The notes under the pieces were generated by a model. That model ran no database searches. It was not told where the DNA came from and saw nothing but the letters and a program-made list of their open reading frames with translations. Source: Eledone cirrhosa (Eukaryota). Taken from it: a DNA stretch of 64,000 nt. The stretch's first letter is position 1, and each line of letters opens with the position of its first letter. The stretch spans positions 32,116,001 through 32,180,000 of the forward strand of contig OZ024747.1 of assembly GCA_964016885.1 (NCBI GenBank), read 5' to 3'. The position numbers were made by a program, and so were the translations under genes. Positions 38,739 to 52,112 of the stretch are shown here, in pieces.

Positions 38739-40863
38739 TTAATTAGGTTTATAATATTTAAATGTTTTTTTTAGTTTATGATTACACGATATAATTAATT
38801 CCTGTCGTTTATTTAATAGGATATCCTTAGATTTCATTATTTCAAATAGTTCTTGGGAACATAATCTACATTCATTTCTATTATTTTGATAAGGGGTGGC
38901 TCTTTTGAGCACACTCCAGGTCAAATCATATTCTATATTCTTATTTTTATAACTATTGATTTTTTCTGCTAGAGATGTTGTATTAGCCAGTGCGGCATTT
39001 TTAAAACTATGCTTGTGGGTATTAAACCTTGTCTTAAAATTGTTAGAGGTAGCTCCTATATATGAGCAAATAGAATCTTTAGTTTTAACATTACATTTAT
39101 AGACTATGTTGTTAACAAGACAATTCCCTTTTAATGGGCAGTTTGCTTTGTTTCTACAGTTACAACCTTTCGTTAATTCTGTATTTGAGGAGATATTATG
39201 GTTAATTTGATGTACTGGTGGTATACTTATGGTTTTCTTACATTTATATGCATTATAGGCACTTATATTTTGTTTTATGTTATTTGTTGTAGAGTATGAG
39301 AATTTAACTGTAGACCTATTTAAGATTTGATGGTATTTGTGGTTTGGCGGGAAGTTTTTCTCTAGGATATAAAAAAATTTTTTAGCAATATTATCCTTAA
39401 TTTGTAAATTAAATGGAGCATTATACCAAGTAACCCGTCTATTACGGTTTCTATGTTGTTTATTATTTTTATTATTTTTATAGGTTGTATCGTGATTTTT
39501 ACTAGGAGGATTAATGTTAATGATCTCACCACAACCATTTTTAGTTATATTTGTAGATTTAGGTGTTTTATCCTTTTTATTAGGAGTTTTATTATTAATA
39601 TTTATTAGAGTTGTATGATAAGTAGTTTTTTGAGAGTTACTATACTTTATATTAGAAGATTTGGTATTTTGGGGTATAGTGTGGGTGGCATTTAGGTGTG
39701 TACTTTTCATTTGGAGTTTGTTGGTAATATTAGGTTGTATGCTTTCAGTATTTTTAGTAGAAGGTATATATTCTAATCTATTTTTGTGGCCACTTCTATC
39801 TAGAGCTTCGTTATAGAAGGTCGCATTTTTATCAAATACATCTTGGTTAGAAGAAAGGTTAGAAATTCTAAGTGATATATTATATGCAAGGTTTTTAAGG
39901 ATAGATTTAGGGTGATTAGATTGTGAGTGTATGTAATGTAAGTTTTGGTTTGGTTTATGGTAAGGTTGGTAGATACCCGTAGCTAAATCTAAAGTTATAT
40001 CTAGGAAATTTACTACTTTACTTGTTTTTTCAAAAGTAATATTAAGATTATAATAGTCTTTAAGGAAAGTTCTAATATGTTTTTTGTTTTTTTCAATTTC
40101 TGAAAGGCTAAGGTTGTTAGAAAGAAGAAGACAGTCATCACGATATAAACCACCTTTGAGGTGGGGAAAGGAGGCATTTATGTTGAAAAGGAGAAAGAGG
40201 CCCACAAGATCAGTAATTTGGGCGGAATCGCTTGAACCCATAGTAATATCAAAAAGATTTCTATATGTGTTTCTGGTCCAGTATTCATTCTGAAATTCAA
40301 TAAGTGTTAGTCTAGCATGTGTAATAATATTAATGTCATCCAAAGTTAAGTTAGATCTATTTTTAGCAAATATCAATGCTTTGTTCAGGAGTATAGGTGA
40401 TATAGAAGAATAGTAATTATCTATATCAAATTGTAGAAATGAAGCAGAAGATTTACATCTAATATTTTTAAACCAGTTAATTACCTGGGAGGTGTTTTCC
40501 CAGAGTGGTAAAATAACGTGTTTTCTTATTTGTGGGATGACTCTATCCAAAATTTTTTTGCTAATTATTCCAATATCTGATTTGGAGGGACATATAAGTC
40601 TAATAGAAGGATTTGAGTTAAAATTTGATTTATGATCCTTCAGGTTGAAGTGTGGTCTTTTCAATGCCAAAGGTTCAGTTCTATCTTCAATGTTTAGTTT
40701 TTTTACTATGTTGTGTGTTTTGTTGTTGATGTTGGTGAGTGACGCATTATTAGATTTTTTATAATTTTTTCTGAGTTCTTTATATATGAACTCATTATAA
40801 TGTTCAATATCCATATGATACAAGTTACCAGTTTTGTCCGAGTGGACATGGATTTTTTTAGAC

Positions 40864-40866
<3 letters not shown>
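38739..40866 (-). CDS. PLE reverse transcriptase plus GIY-YIG endonuclease (N-terminally truncated, about 700 aa uninterrupted)
   Basis: [98 protein letters not shown]. The first about 75 aa of the tracked ORF are just (TA)n. Confidence 0.9.
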
Positions 40867-40939
<73 letters not shown>

Positions 40940-40965
40940 TATATATATAAACATATATATATATA

Positions 40966-41079
<114 letters not shown>

Positions 41080-41080
41080 A

Positions 41081-41373
41081 TATATAAGAACAAAAGATGG
41101 TTAAAAGAGTTCCATATATTTTATTATGCGCATTTCAAAAACAAATATCATCATGAAATAATATTTGTGTTTTCATCAGATAAAATATGATGAAAACACA
41201 AATATTATTGCATGATGATATTTGTTTTTGAAATGCGCATAATAAAATACATGGAACTCTTTTAACCATCTTTTGTTCTTATATATTATGTATAGTCCAG
41301 TCCTACAAACTGTAGAGTGCTTCTTATCCGATATCTGCATTGCTTTATTGTACTACAATAAAACTCACCTCCT

Positions 41374-41375
<2 letters not shown>
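41081..41375. repeat. Fold-back pLTR fragment (family M), about 100-bp arms
   Basis: 41081-41178 is inverted at 41188-41285, with an unpaired extension to about 41375. Confidence 0.9.
41117..41187 (-). ncRNA. Type I hammerhead ribozyme (family M)
   Basis: TATTTTAT-CTGATGA-AAACACAAATATTAT..ATGATATTTGTTTTT-GAAA-TGCGCA-TA-ATAAAATA. Confidence 0.85.
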
Positions 41376-41426
<51 letters not shown>

Positions 41427-41427
41427 A

Positions 41428-41470
<43 letters not shown>

Positions 41471-41473
<3 letters not shown>

Positions 41474-41657
41474 GAACGAGTAGGACCCCGACGGCTGAGC
41501 TCAAGCCGTTTCGACGGCTAAGTCCAGAATTAGCCGTCGAAACGACTTGAGCTCAGCCGTCGGTGTCCTACTCGTTCCTATTACCCACTCTACTACCCTA
41601 AGCATTGAGTACTTTGGTGCGTTATGGTCCACCTGGTTCCTTACCACATTTCCTTCG

Positions 41658-41660
<3 letters not shown>
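41471..41660 (+). repeat. pLTR 3' fragment (family N) with an about 50-bp snap-back; 3' half of an HHR
   Basis: 41473-41521 is inverted at 41530-41578; GAAAC..GCCGTC half-ribozyme; 41522-41660 is the reverse complement of 63825-63963. Confidence 0.8.
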
Positions 41661-43180
<1,520 letters not shown>

Positions 43181-43444
43181 TGAGTGAGTGTGAAAGACCA
43201 AAGCTCATTATTGAAAGACTCTGGATTTTGCAAAATATTTTATATTTTTTATTGGAGAAGGTAAGATACTCTTCCGCAAAAATTTGATTGCACTGTTTTG
43301 TTTCCACTTATGTATTTTTTGAAAATGTAATTTATTCATTATAAAAATTAAATGATAGCAATCTATATGCATGTGGGCCCCCTCTATCTCCTGGCAACTG
43401 ATATTTTTAGACCCAGTCCGCCATTGTATGTATATATATATATT

Positions 43445-44478
43445 TCTAGCTGTCGGTAACCCTATTCATGCCACTGGCTTGACAGTGGGGCGATATGTTT
43501 TTTTTAAAACCACATGTGCTTTTTGTCGTTATTCCTTGATCTGCTTTTAGCGTGTAATCCTAGATAATTAAATCTTCTCCTTTGCCGATGATCCAAGATT
43601 TGACATCTATGATTCACCGATTAATGGTGAAATATATTTCTTCAATGGAATATATACAAAGGAGATTAATGGTGGTGCGGGAATGGAGTTAATTATTATT
43701 GAGTAAAATTCGTTAAAGATTTATTACAAACACTATGCACATTTCAATAACCGGGTTCTGTAGGAACACGGTGACATCATCAGGTGTTACACAATTTATC
43801 TAATAATGGAATATAATAATGGTAGACACAATCCAAGGGGCTGAAAGGTAGAGAGAAATGTTTAAGACCCGAATGCGGCCAGAACCAGCAGTTGCCAGTC
43901 TGGGTGACCGCCTTCAAGTCAGGAATCTACTTAATTCTGTCTTGACGGTCTGGTCAGAGGCCATATCCTTATAGAACACACAACTACTACCGTGCTATGG
44001 ACACGTGCTAGTGGTGAATGAGATCAGGTTACATAGAAGAAAAAAACATTTTATTTTGTTGGCGCGAGACAAAAATACTAAAAGATATAGTAGACGGATG
44101 TATAGTTAGAACCAGAACCCAAAAGGTTTTAAGGTAGAGTTAGAAATTACAATTAAAGATAAGAAATGTAAAATTTAGGTTTAGAATTGAAAAATATAAT
44201 TTAAAATACGATTAAAGATTAAAAATGTAAAATTTAGATTTAAAATTGAAAGATTTAGTTAAAGAATTTCTAGAAGGAAGCATTCATGTAAGAGTGAAAT
44301 ATATCTTTGATAGACATAATAAAGTTTTAGGGTTGAATTTAAAATTAAAAATATAAAATTTAAGCTTTAAATTTAAGTGTACTGTTTGACAGCCAATAAC
44401 CAGTGACGCGACGGATTCTCGGCCCACCGAGTACTTTTGTCTACCGAAAGAAAGGGAAATGTATTTACTCAATAATTA
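43445..44478 (-). mobile_element. ORF-less HHR-bearing element (family E)
   Basis: Bounded by short (TA)n; on the minus strand a T-rich degenerate repeat, then a GC-richer block, then an HHR (same layout as family C). Confidence 0.6.
43729..43788 (-). ncRNA. Type I hammerhead ribozyme (family E)
   Basis: AACAC-CTGATGA-tgtcACCG tGTTC ctaca GAAC cCGGT tatt-GAAA-TGTGCA-TA-GTGTT. Confidence 0.8.
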
Positions 44479-44586
44479 TATATATATATAATTAGAAATA
44501 AATGCTTCCGCCGTATTTTTTACTAACGAAATTTTAGCCCGTTAGTGGGGTTTAGAACTCTCTAAGAAATGGAAAAAGATGAGTAT

Positions 44587-44657
44587 TGACGTACATTGGA
44601 GTCGAACCCACATCTTTAGTTATCCAGACCAATGTGCTACCATTACACCAACATATC
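44587..44657 (-). pseudogene. tRNA-like sequence (pseudogene or SINE head), anticodon loop CTGGATA
   Basis: A box TGGTGTAATGG, B box GGTTCGACTCC, anticodon stem TTGGT/ACTAA; acceptor stem is poor and there is no long variable arm. Confidence 0.6.
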
Positions 44658-44938
44658 ACCCACCTCCTTACATTCAAATTAAAAGCGACATTCTTAGCAA
44701 GTATAATGACAAGTAAGTATATTTTTGAAACAGTGAGCGAGTTTGAAATTAGAAATAGAAGCTTTCGCCATATTTTTACTAAAGAAATTTTGCTTCTAAT
44801 TTGAATTAGTCAAAAATACACCAAAAGCTTCTATTTCTAATTTCAAACTCGCTTGTTGTTTCAAAAGCATACTCACTTGTCATATATATATATATATATA
44901 TATATAGTTATGGAATAAACAACATAAGGCAATTATTC

Positions 44939-44992
44939 CATTTACCAGTGGTTTCTTAAAAGCAACAAATTTTGCTTTCAATCCTCAGAATG
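44939..44992 (-). ncRNA. Type I hammerhead ribozyme (family A, inverted copy)
   Basis: CATT-CTGAGGA-TTGAAAGCAA..TTGCTTTTAA-GAAA-CCA c TGG-TA-AATG. Confidence 0.8.
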
Positions 44993-45130
44993 AAAAAATC
45001 CTGGTCTGTTTATTGAATTTGGATTTTAAAAACAAAAATGCAATCTATATGAAAGTGAGGCTGGAGAAAGAAGAAGGAAAGGAAAAATAAAATAAAACCA
45101 CACATGCAAACACACACACACACACAAAAG

Positions 45131-45182
<52 letters not shown>

Positions 45183-45341
45183 CATACACTCATACATACA
45201 CACACACATATACACATATATATGTGTATATAAATACACACATACACACACATACATATACACATACATACGCACATAAATATCAACACAGCCATACATA
45301 CACATACATATATACAACCACACACACATATATACACACAT

Positions 45342-45438
<97 letters not shown>

Positions 45439-46028
45439 CATGCATACACATACACATACATAGCCATACACACATACATATACATACATACATACATGCA
45501 CACAATCATACCTATATACACACGTACATACATACACATACATAAATGCGTACATATGCATGTACAAAATTAGAAAAATATACACTCCTCTACATATTCA
45601 CACACGCAAATAAATATAAGAAAACATATATATATAAAAAATAAAATAATAATAAAGATTATTATACAGTTGACAGCGATACAAAGGACGGGTAGATGAA
45701 CAAACACGCGTGGTAAGCAATACACACAAATGCACGTACGCATACGTACGAAAAAGTAAATATATATACACACTCTCACACATAAATATACATATACAAA
45801 TACATAAACACATACATACACATACACAAATACATACACAAACACGCACACACACACGTATACAATTATACACACACATATACACATAAATATATATATA
45901 TATATATATATAAAAAAATACACACACACACATATATATGTATACATACACACACACATACATACATAGATATACAATTATACACATACAAATACGTACA
46001 TATCATAAACACGCACAACCAAATACAA

Positions 46029-46063
<35 letters not shown>

Positions 46064-46214
46064 CATACATATATACATATATGGGTGTGTGTAAAACTCA
46101 ATCTTAGATAATTCCTATGAACCTTACATATACATATATATAGTAGTAATGTAATAAGCAACAGAAGGCAATTATTCCATTCACCAGTGGTTTCTTAAAA
46201 GCAAAAAATCCGGA

Positions 46215-46639
46215 AGCCGGATGAATGCCCATTGCAGGGTAAATGTAACACTAAATCTGTTGTTTATGAGGCTAAAATAACACCGGTAATCAACAACCAG
46301 CCAGCCAGGAGTGAGCGATATGTCGGTATGACCCAGGACAGGTTTAAAACCAGATTTTACTCACATGTCGCTTCTTTTAAGCACTCCGATAAACGAACAT
46401 CAACGGCCCTCGCAAGTAAGGTGTGGGAATTCAAGGATAGTAACATCCGGTACTCTATCTATTGGTCTATCTTAGACCATTCGAGGGAGTACCAAAGGGG
46501 CACAAAGAATTGTTCTTTGTGTACCACAGAAAAATATAGGATTTTGCTAAACTTGAGAGCCAGTTCCGCTCGCCTTAACTCAAAGACTGAAATCTTCAGA
46601 TGCTGTCCTCATGTGAAATCGCATCTGATCTGTAACTAG
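46215..46639 (+). pseudogene. PLE GIY-YIG endonuclease fragment
   Basis: ECPLQGKCNTKSVVY..SERYVGMTQDRFKTRFYSH..STALASKVW..CSLCTTEK..LNSKTE..CPH; clearly related to 30300-30750. Confidence 0.88.
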
Positions 46640-46866
46640 ATTGACACTCCTATGATAAATCAACCGCCTTGAACTCCTTCTCTGCTCTTTACTTCTGCTA
46701 CGGTTTTTTTTATTTGCTGTATCCACGTTCTGTACTCTTGTATTTTTTTTCTCCCTTATCTCCCCTTATATTTCACCTTTTCCTATGTCTCCCCACCCTC
46801 ATATATATATTTTTTGCCTTACCCTTCACATACCAATATGTATGTGTATGTATTTGTATGTATATA

Positions 46867-46905
<39 letters not shown>

Positions 46906-47052
46906 GTTAAAATACTGGAGTGTGTTAGAGTTAAACACCCTCTTCGTATTATAGAAATGACAGTAAAAGGTATAGCTCAATGTAGTTAAACAGAGCCGAA
47001 AAATTAAGAGAGTAAAACAAAGAAGCCTTCAATACATCAAAAGTCTTTATTA

Positions 47053-47090
47053 GCCGACAATGTTTCGTCCTATTAAGAACTCATCAGGGC
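47053..47090 (-). ncRNA. Minimal hammerhead ribozyme (family B, inverted arm)
   Basis: Reverse complement of 51506-51543. Confidence 0.85.
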
Positions 47091-48809
47091 AATTAAAACA
47101 ACAAGAAGTAATATCGGCAGATACAAGCCGGAAGCTCCGAAGAATATGGAGTGTACATACACTGAAGTATTACAAAAATATATAATAAAAATATATGATA
47201 AAAATTACTAAGGATGTATATGACACTAAGAACCATATTACAAATATAGTCCAATGCAAAAACTAGAGCTAAACAAAGGTGGTTATATAGAGCAGGAATT
47301 ATATATAATACAATATAATATACTATAATATACCTTTACCAACATTAAAATTACAATAAAAATCAAAAGATACAATATGCATATGTATATATGTGCGCAC
47401 ACGTACACACACACATACACATACAACAATATACACATCCATCCTCAACTGCACAAATTAAACCTTATTAAGAATTTGAATATAAAAATAAGCATGATAG
47501 GAATGAAAATAATAATAATAATAATACTAATACATCTACCCAATATACATGAGGTAATAATATGATATAATTATAGGTAGTACATAGGTAATAATATGAT
47601 ATAATTATAAGTAGCACATATAATAATGAATAATACAATTATATACTATATAATACAATATAATAGAATAGATAATCTCCGGTTAATTTACACAAACAAT
47701 ATAGATGTCACAATAATAATATAATAATAATATTTACAATATACAATATACTAACATTCTAAATGTACTCAAGTTAACAAGTCAATTCATACTGGGTTAC
47801 AGAGTAGGTGAGGAAAAATAAAATGTACAATACCTCAAAAAAATTTTGATGATACAGAAGTACAAACATCTTACAAGATATATAAGGTTTAACATGTTAC
47901 ATATAATTAACGGTAAATAATAAGGATCAATATTACAATAAAAAATACAATATAATATAATATATTATATAAAATAAAATTAATACAATATAATATATAA
48001 TTACTTATAATTACAAGGTTGGTAGACAGACATGTACATGGATGAGTGAGTGAGTGCCAGACAGTAAATAGTAAATATAATGCACAGTAGTATTACAAAG
48101 TATAGAATAATATAAATAAATAGAATAATATAAATAAATAGAATCAACCGGAAATTAAAAAATTAAAAAACAAAAACAAACGTATACATTTAGGTCTCAC
48201 ATGCAGTTAAGTAGTTAAGTAAAAGCTAAGGAAACAACCCCTGTAAATGACTCGAACATCCTATTTGATAAATTAATATTAAAAATATTTAAACTATCCA
48301 ATAAGGCAGTATAATATTGGCTATAGTTTAAGTCATTAAAGTTTGTAAACGTTAATATTTCGTTCCAAATGTTTACAAAAAGGAATGACATTTTTTTATT
48401 ATCATATACATAACGATATCGAAAGAACTGACTTAAGCAGAATTAAGGTAGGCTAATAGGGACAGAAATGAAGAAATGTATGGAGGATGCAAAGGGGCAT
48501 AAGATATAGTCGATATACTATATTACATAATAGAAAGGAGTGTAAAAGAAGGGGTGGGGTTAAATATAATATAATCATAGTCAATGTGAGTAGCAAACAT
48601 AGTAACCGTAAGAATTATATAGGTGTATAGGTGTACCCACCCATAAGTTAACCCACCGAACCCGCAATAGTGAATATAATACCTTTAGGAAACAAGTTGA
48701 ACCCCCTGAGCGCTCACACATTGGTGATAATTTAACTGGATCTTATTCTGATAATGTTGCTCCTACTGATCCTACTGGAGGTAGAAACTGTAATAGACTT
48801 AATGAAATT

Positions 48810-49703
48810 TTGGTTGATTCTAGGAATGCGGCTTTAACTAATCCTTGTAGTAACCCTAGTCTCGATGGCGGGATATTCGATAATGGTAGAGTCGGTAAGA
48901 ATAAAAATAGAAGGCGATTAAACACTTATTTTAACCCGCCATATAATCAGGAAGTATCAACTAATATCCCTAGGTCTTTCTTCTCCATCTTAGAGAAAAA
49001 TTTCCCCCCTTCTCATAAATACCATAGTATTTTTAATAAAAATGTTATTAAACTTTCATTCTCTACCACCCCTAATATTAGTTCTCATTTAGCTAGCACT
49101 AACAATAGGAAAATTAGGGATGGATTCTCCTCTCTACATACTACTAGTCTGAACAGATCTGGCAATGCATTACCACCAGAACAGTCCTTATCTAATAGCA
49201 ATCCTACGTGTAATGCATCACCACTTGAGTCAACCAATAACACCCGGAAGTGCAATTGTAGAGTGAGTGCTAACTGCCCTTTAAACGGTAACTGCCTTTC
49301 TAAGAACATTGTCTATGCTTGCGAAGTTATAACTAATTCCTCTAATAGAACTTATATAGGCTCTACATCTAACACTTTTAAGACTAGGTTTAACTCTCAT
49401 ATCTCTAATTTCAAGCATGTTAAGTTTAAGAATTCTACTTCTTTAGCACATTATGTCTGGGATCTTAAGATAGCTAATATACCATATAGCCTTAACTGGC
49501 GTTTAGTAGCACGCTCTAACCACCTTTCTACACATACTAAGTTTTGTAATCTCTGTATCCTCGGGACACAGTCTATAATCTTCTCTAGCGCATCTTTACT
49601 TAATAGAAAGTCTGAGATATTCTCTTCTTGCCCCCATGCTATTTCTAATTCATACTTTTATTATAAACCTAAACGTTCTAGTAGTACAAATTGTACCCAT
49701 TAG
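48810..49703 (+). pseudogene. PLE linker plus GIY-YIG endonuclease fragment (Naiad-like)
   Basis: YFNPPYNQEVSTNI..FPPSHKYHSIFNKN..CNCRVSANCPLNGNC..IVYAC..YIGSTS..FKTRFNSH..CNLC..LNRKSE..CPH. Confidence 0.88.
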
Positions 49704-51505
49704 CTGATATATTCCATTATTTATTTTTTAGTTTAGGTCCTTTTGTTTGCCAACATTATTATTATCATCATTATTATAATTGGTTTTTGATGACTCTTCA
49801 TTCTAGATCTCATAATCTTTTGGCTACTGTACCACATCTATCTTCTTACGCATTAAATTTTCACTGTTACACCTTATGAATGTATATAAGATTATATATT
49901 TTTCACGCTATTTATTTTATTTTATCCTTATTTTTATTTTTATCTTTATTCGGATTCTTCTTTGGAACCCCCCCCCCCCCATGCGCACATAAACTTATTG
50001 TCAACCCCTCCAAATTGACTATGATTATATTATATTTACCCCCCCTTTTTTTACACTCCTTTCTATTATGTAATATAGTATATCGACTATATTTTATGCC
50101 CCTTTGCATCCTCCATACATTTCTTCATTTCTGTCCCTATTAGCCTACCTTAATTCTGCTTAAGTCAGTTCTTTCGATATTGTTATGTATATGATAATAA
50201 AAAAATTTCATTCCTTTTTGTAAACATTTGGAACGAAATATTAACGTTTATAAACTTTAATGACTTAAACTATAGCCAATATTATACTGCCTTATTGGAT
50301 AGTTTAAATATTTTTAATATTAATTTATCAAATAGGATGTTCGAGTCATTTACAGGGGTTGTTTCCTTAGCTTTTACTTAACTACTTAACTGCATGTGAG
50401 ACCTAAATGTATACGTTTGTTTTTGTTTTTTAATTTTTTAATTTCCGGTTGATTCTATTTATTTATATTATTCTATTTATTTATATTATTCTATACTTTG
50501 TAATACTACTGTGCATTATATTTACTATTTACTGTCTGGCACTCACTCACTCATCCATGTACATGTCTGTCTACCAACCTTGTAATTATAAGTAATTATA
50601 TATTATATTGTATTAATTTTATTTTATATAATATATTATATTATATTGTATTTTTTATTGTAATATTGATCCTTATTATTTACCGTTAATTATATGTAAC
50701 ATGTTAAACCTTATATATCTTGTAAGATGTTTGTACTTCTGTATCATCAAAATTTTTTTGAGGTATTGTACATTTTATTTTTCCTCACCTACTCTGTAAC
50801 CCAGTATGAATTGACTTGTTAACTTGAGTACATTTAGAATGTTAGTATATTGTATATTGTAAATATTATTATTATATTATTATTGTGACATCTATATTGT
50901 TTGTGTAAATTAACCGGAGATTATCTATTCTATTATATTGTATTATATAGTATATAATTGTATTATTCATTATTATATGTGCTACTTATAATTATATCAT
51001 ATTATTACCTATGTACTACCTATAATTATATCATATTATTACCTCATGTATATTGGGTAGATGTATTAGTATTATTATTATTATTATTTTCATTCCTATC
51101 ATGCTTATTTTTATATTCAAATTCTTAATAAGGTTTAATTTGTGCAGTTGAGGATGGATGTGTATATTGTTGTATGTGTATGTGTGTGTGTACGTGTGCG
51201 CACATATATACATATGCATATTGTATCTTTTGATTTTTATTGTAATTTTAATGTTGGTAAAGGTATATTATAGTATATTATATTGTATTATATATAATTC
51301 CTGCTCTATATAACCACCTTTGTTTAGCTCTAGTTTTTGCATTGGACTATATTTGTAATATGGTTCTTAGTGTCATATACATCCTTAGTAATTTTTATCA
51401 TATATTTTTATTATATATTTTTGTAATACTTCAGTGTATGTACACTCCATATTCTTCGGAGCTTCCGGCTTGTATCTGCCGATATTACTTCTTGTTGTTT
51501 TAATT

Positions 51506-51543
51506 GCCCTGATGAGTTCTTAATAGGACGAAACATTGTCGGC
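51506..51543 (+). ncRNA. Minimal hammerhead ribozyme (family B)
   Basis: GCC-CTGATGA-GTTCT taat AGGAC-GAAA-CA t TG-TC-GGC; canonical core with a GUC site. Confidence 0.88.
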
Positions 51544-51588
51544 TAATAAAGACTTTTGATGTATTGAAGGCTTCTTTGTTTTACTCTC

Positions 51589-51735
<147 letters not shown>

Positions 51736-51772
51736 GTGTGTGTATATATATGTAGATAGACCAGGTTTTTTT

Positions 51773-51827
51773 CATTCTGAGGATTGAAGGCAACATTTTT
51801 TTGCTTTTAAGAAACCACTGGTGAATG
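51773..51827 (+). ncRNA. Hammerhead ribozyme (family A) with GUG at the cleavage site (predicted inactive)
   Basis: CATT-CTGAGGA..GAAA-CCACTGG-TG-AATG. Confidence 0.65.
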
Positions 51828-52070
51828 GAATAATTGCCTTATGTTGCTTATTACATTACTACTATATATATGTATATGTAAGGTTCATATGAATTATCTA
51901 AGATTCAGTTTTACACACACACATATATGTATATATGTATATATATATGTGTATGTGTGTGTGTGCTTGTATTTGGTTGTGCGTGTTTATGATATGTACG
52001 TATTTGTATGTGTATAATTGTATAGCTATGTATGTGTGTGTGTATGTATACATATATATGTGTGTGTGTG

Positions 52071-52108
<38 letters not shown>

Positions 52109-52112
<4 letters not shown>

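Larger units (their letters stand above)
34690..40866 (-). mobile_element. 5'-truncated PLE (family L, Naiad-like) with an about 4-kb microsatellite-rich 3' region
   Basis: Intact ORF 40866-38739, then an AT-rich/(TG)(TA) tract, with an HHR in the same orientation at 34736-34889. Linkage of this HHR to the ORF is inferred. Confidence 0.75.

Noticed and set aside
47377-51219. Two identical 62-aa ORFs on opposite strands as a duplicated gene
   Set aside because: By-product of the 1.58-kb inverted repeat; low-complexity sequence
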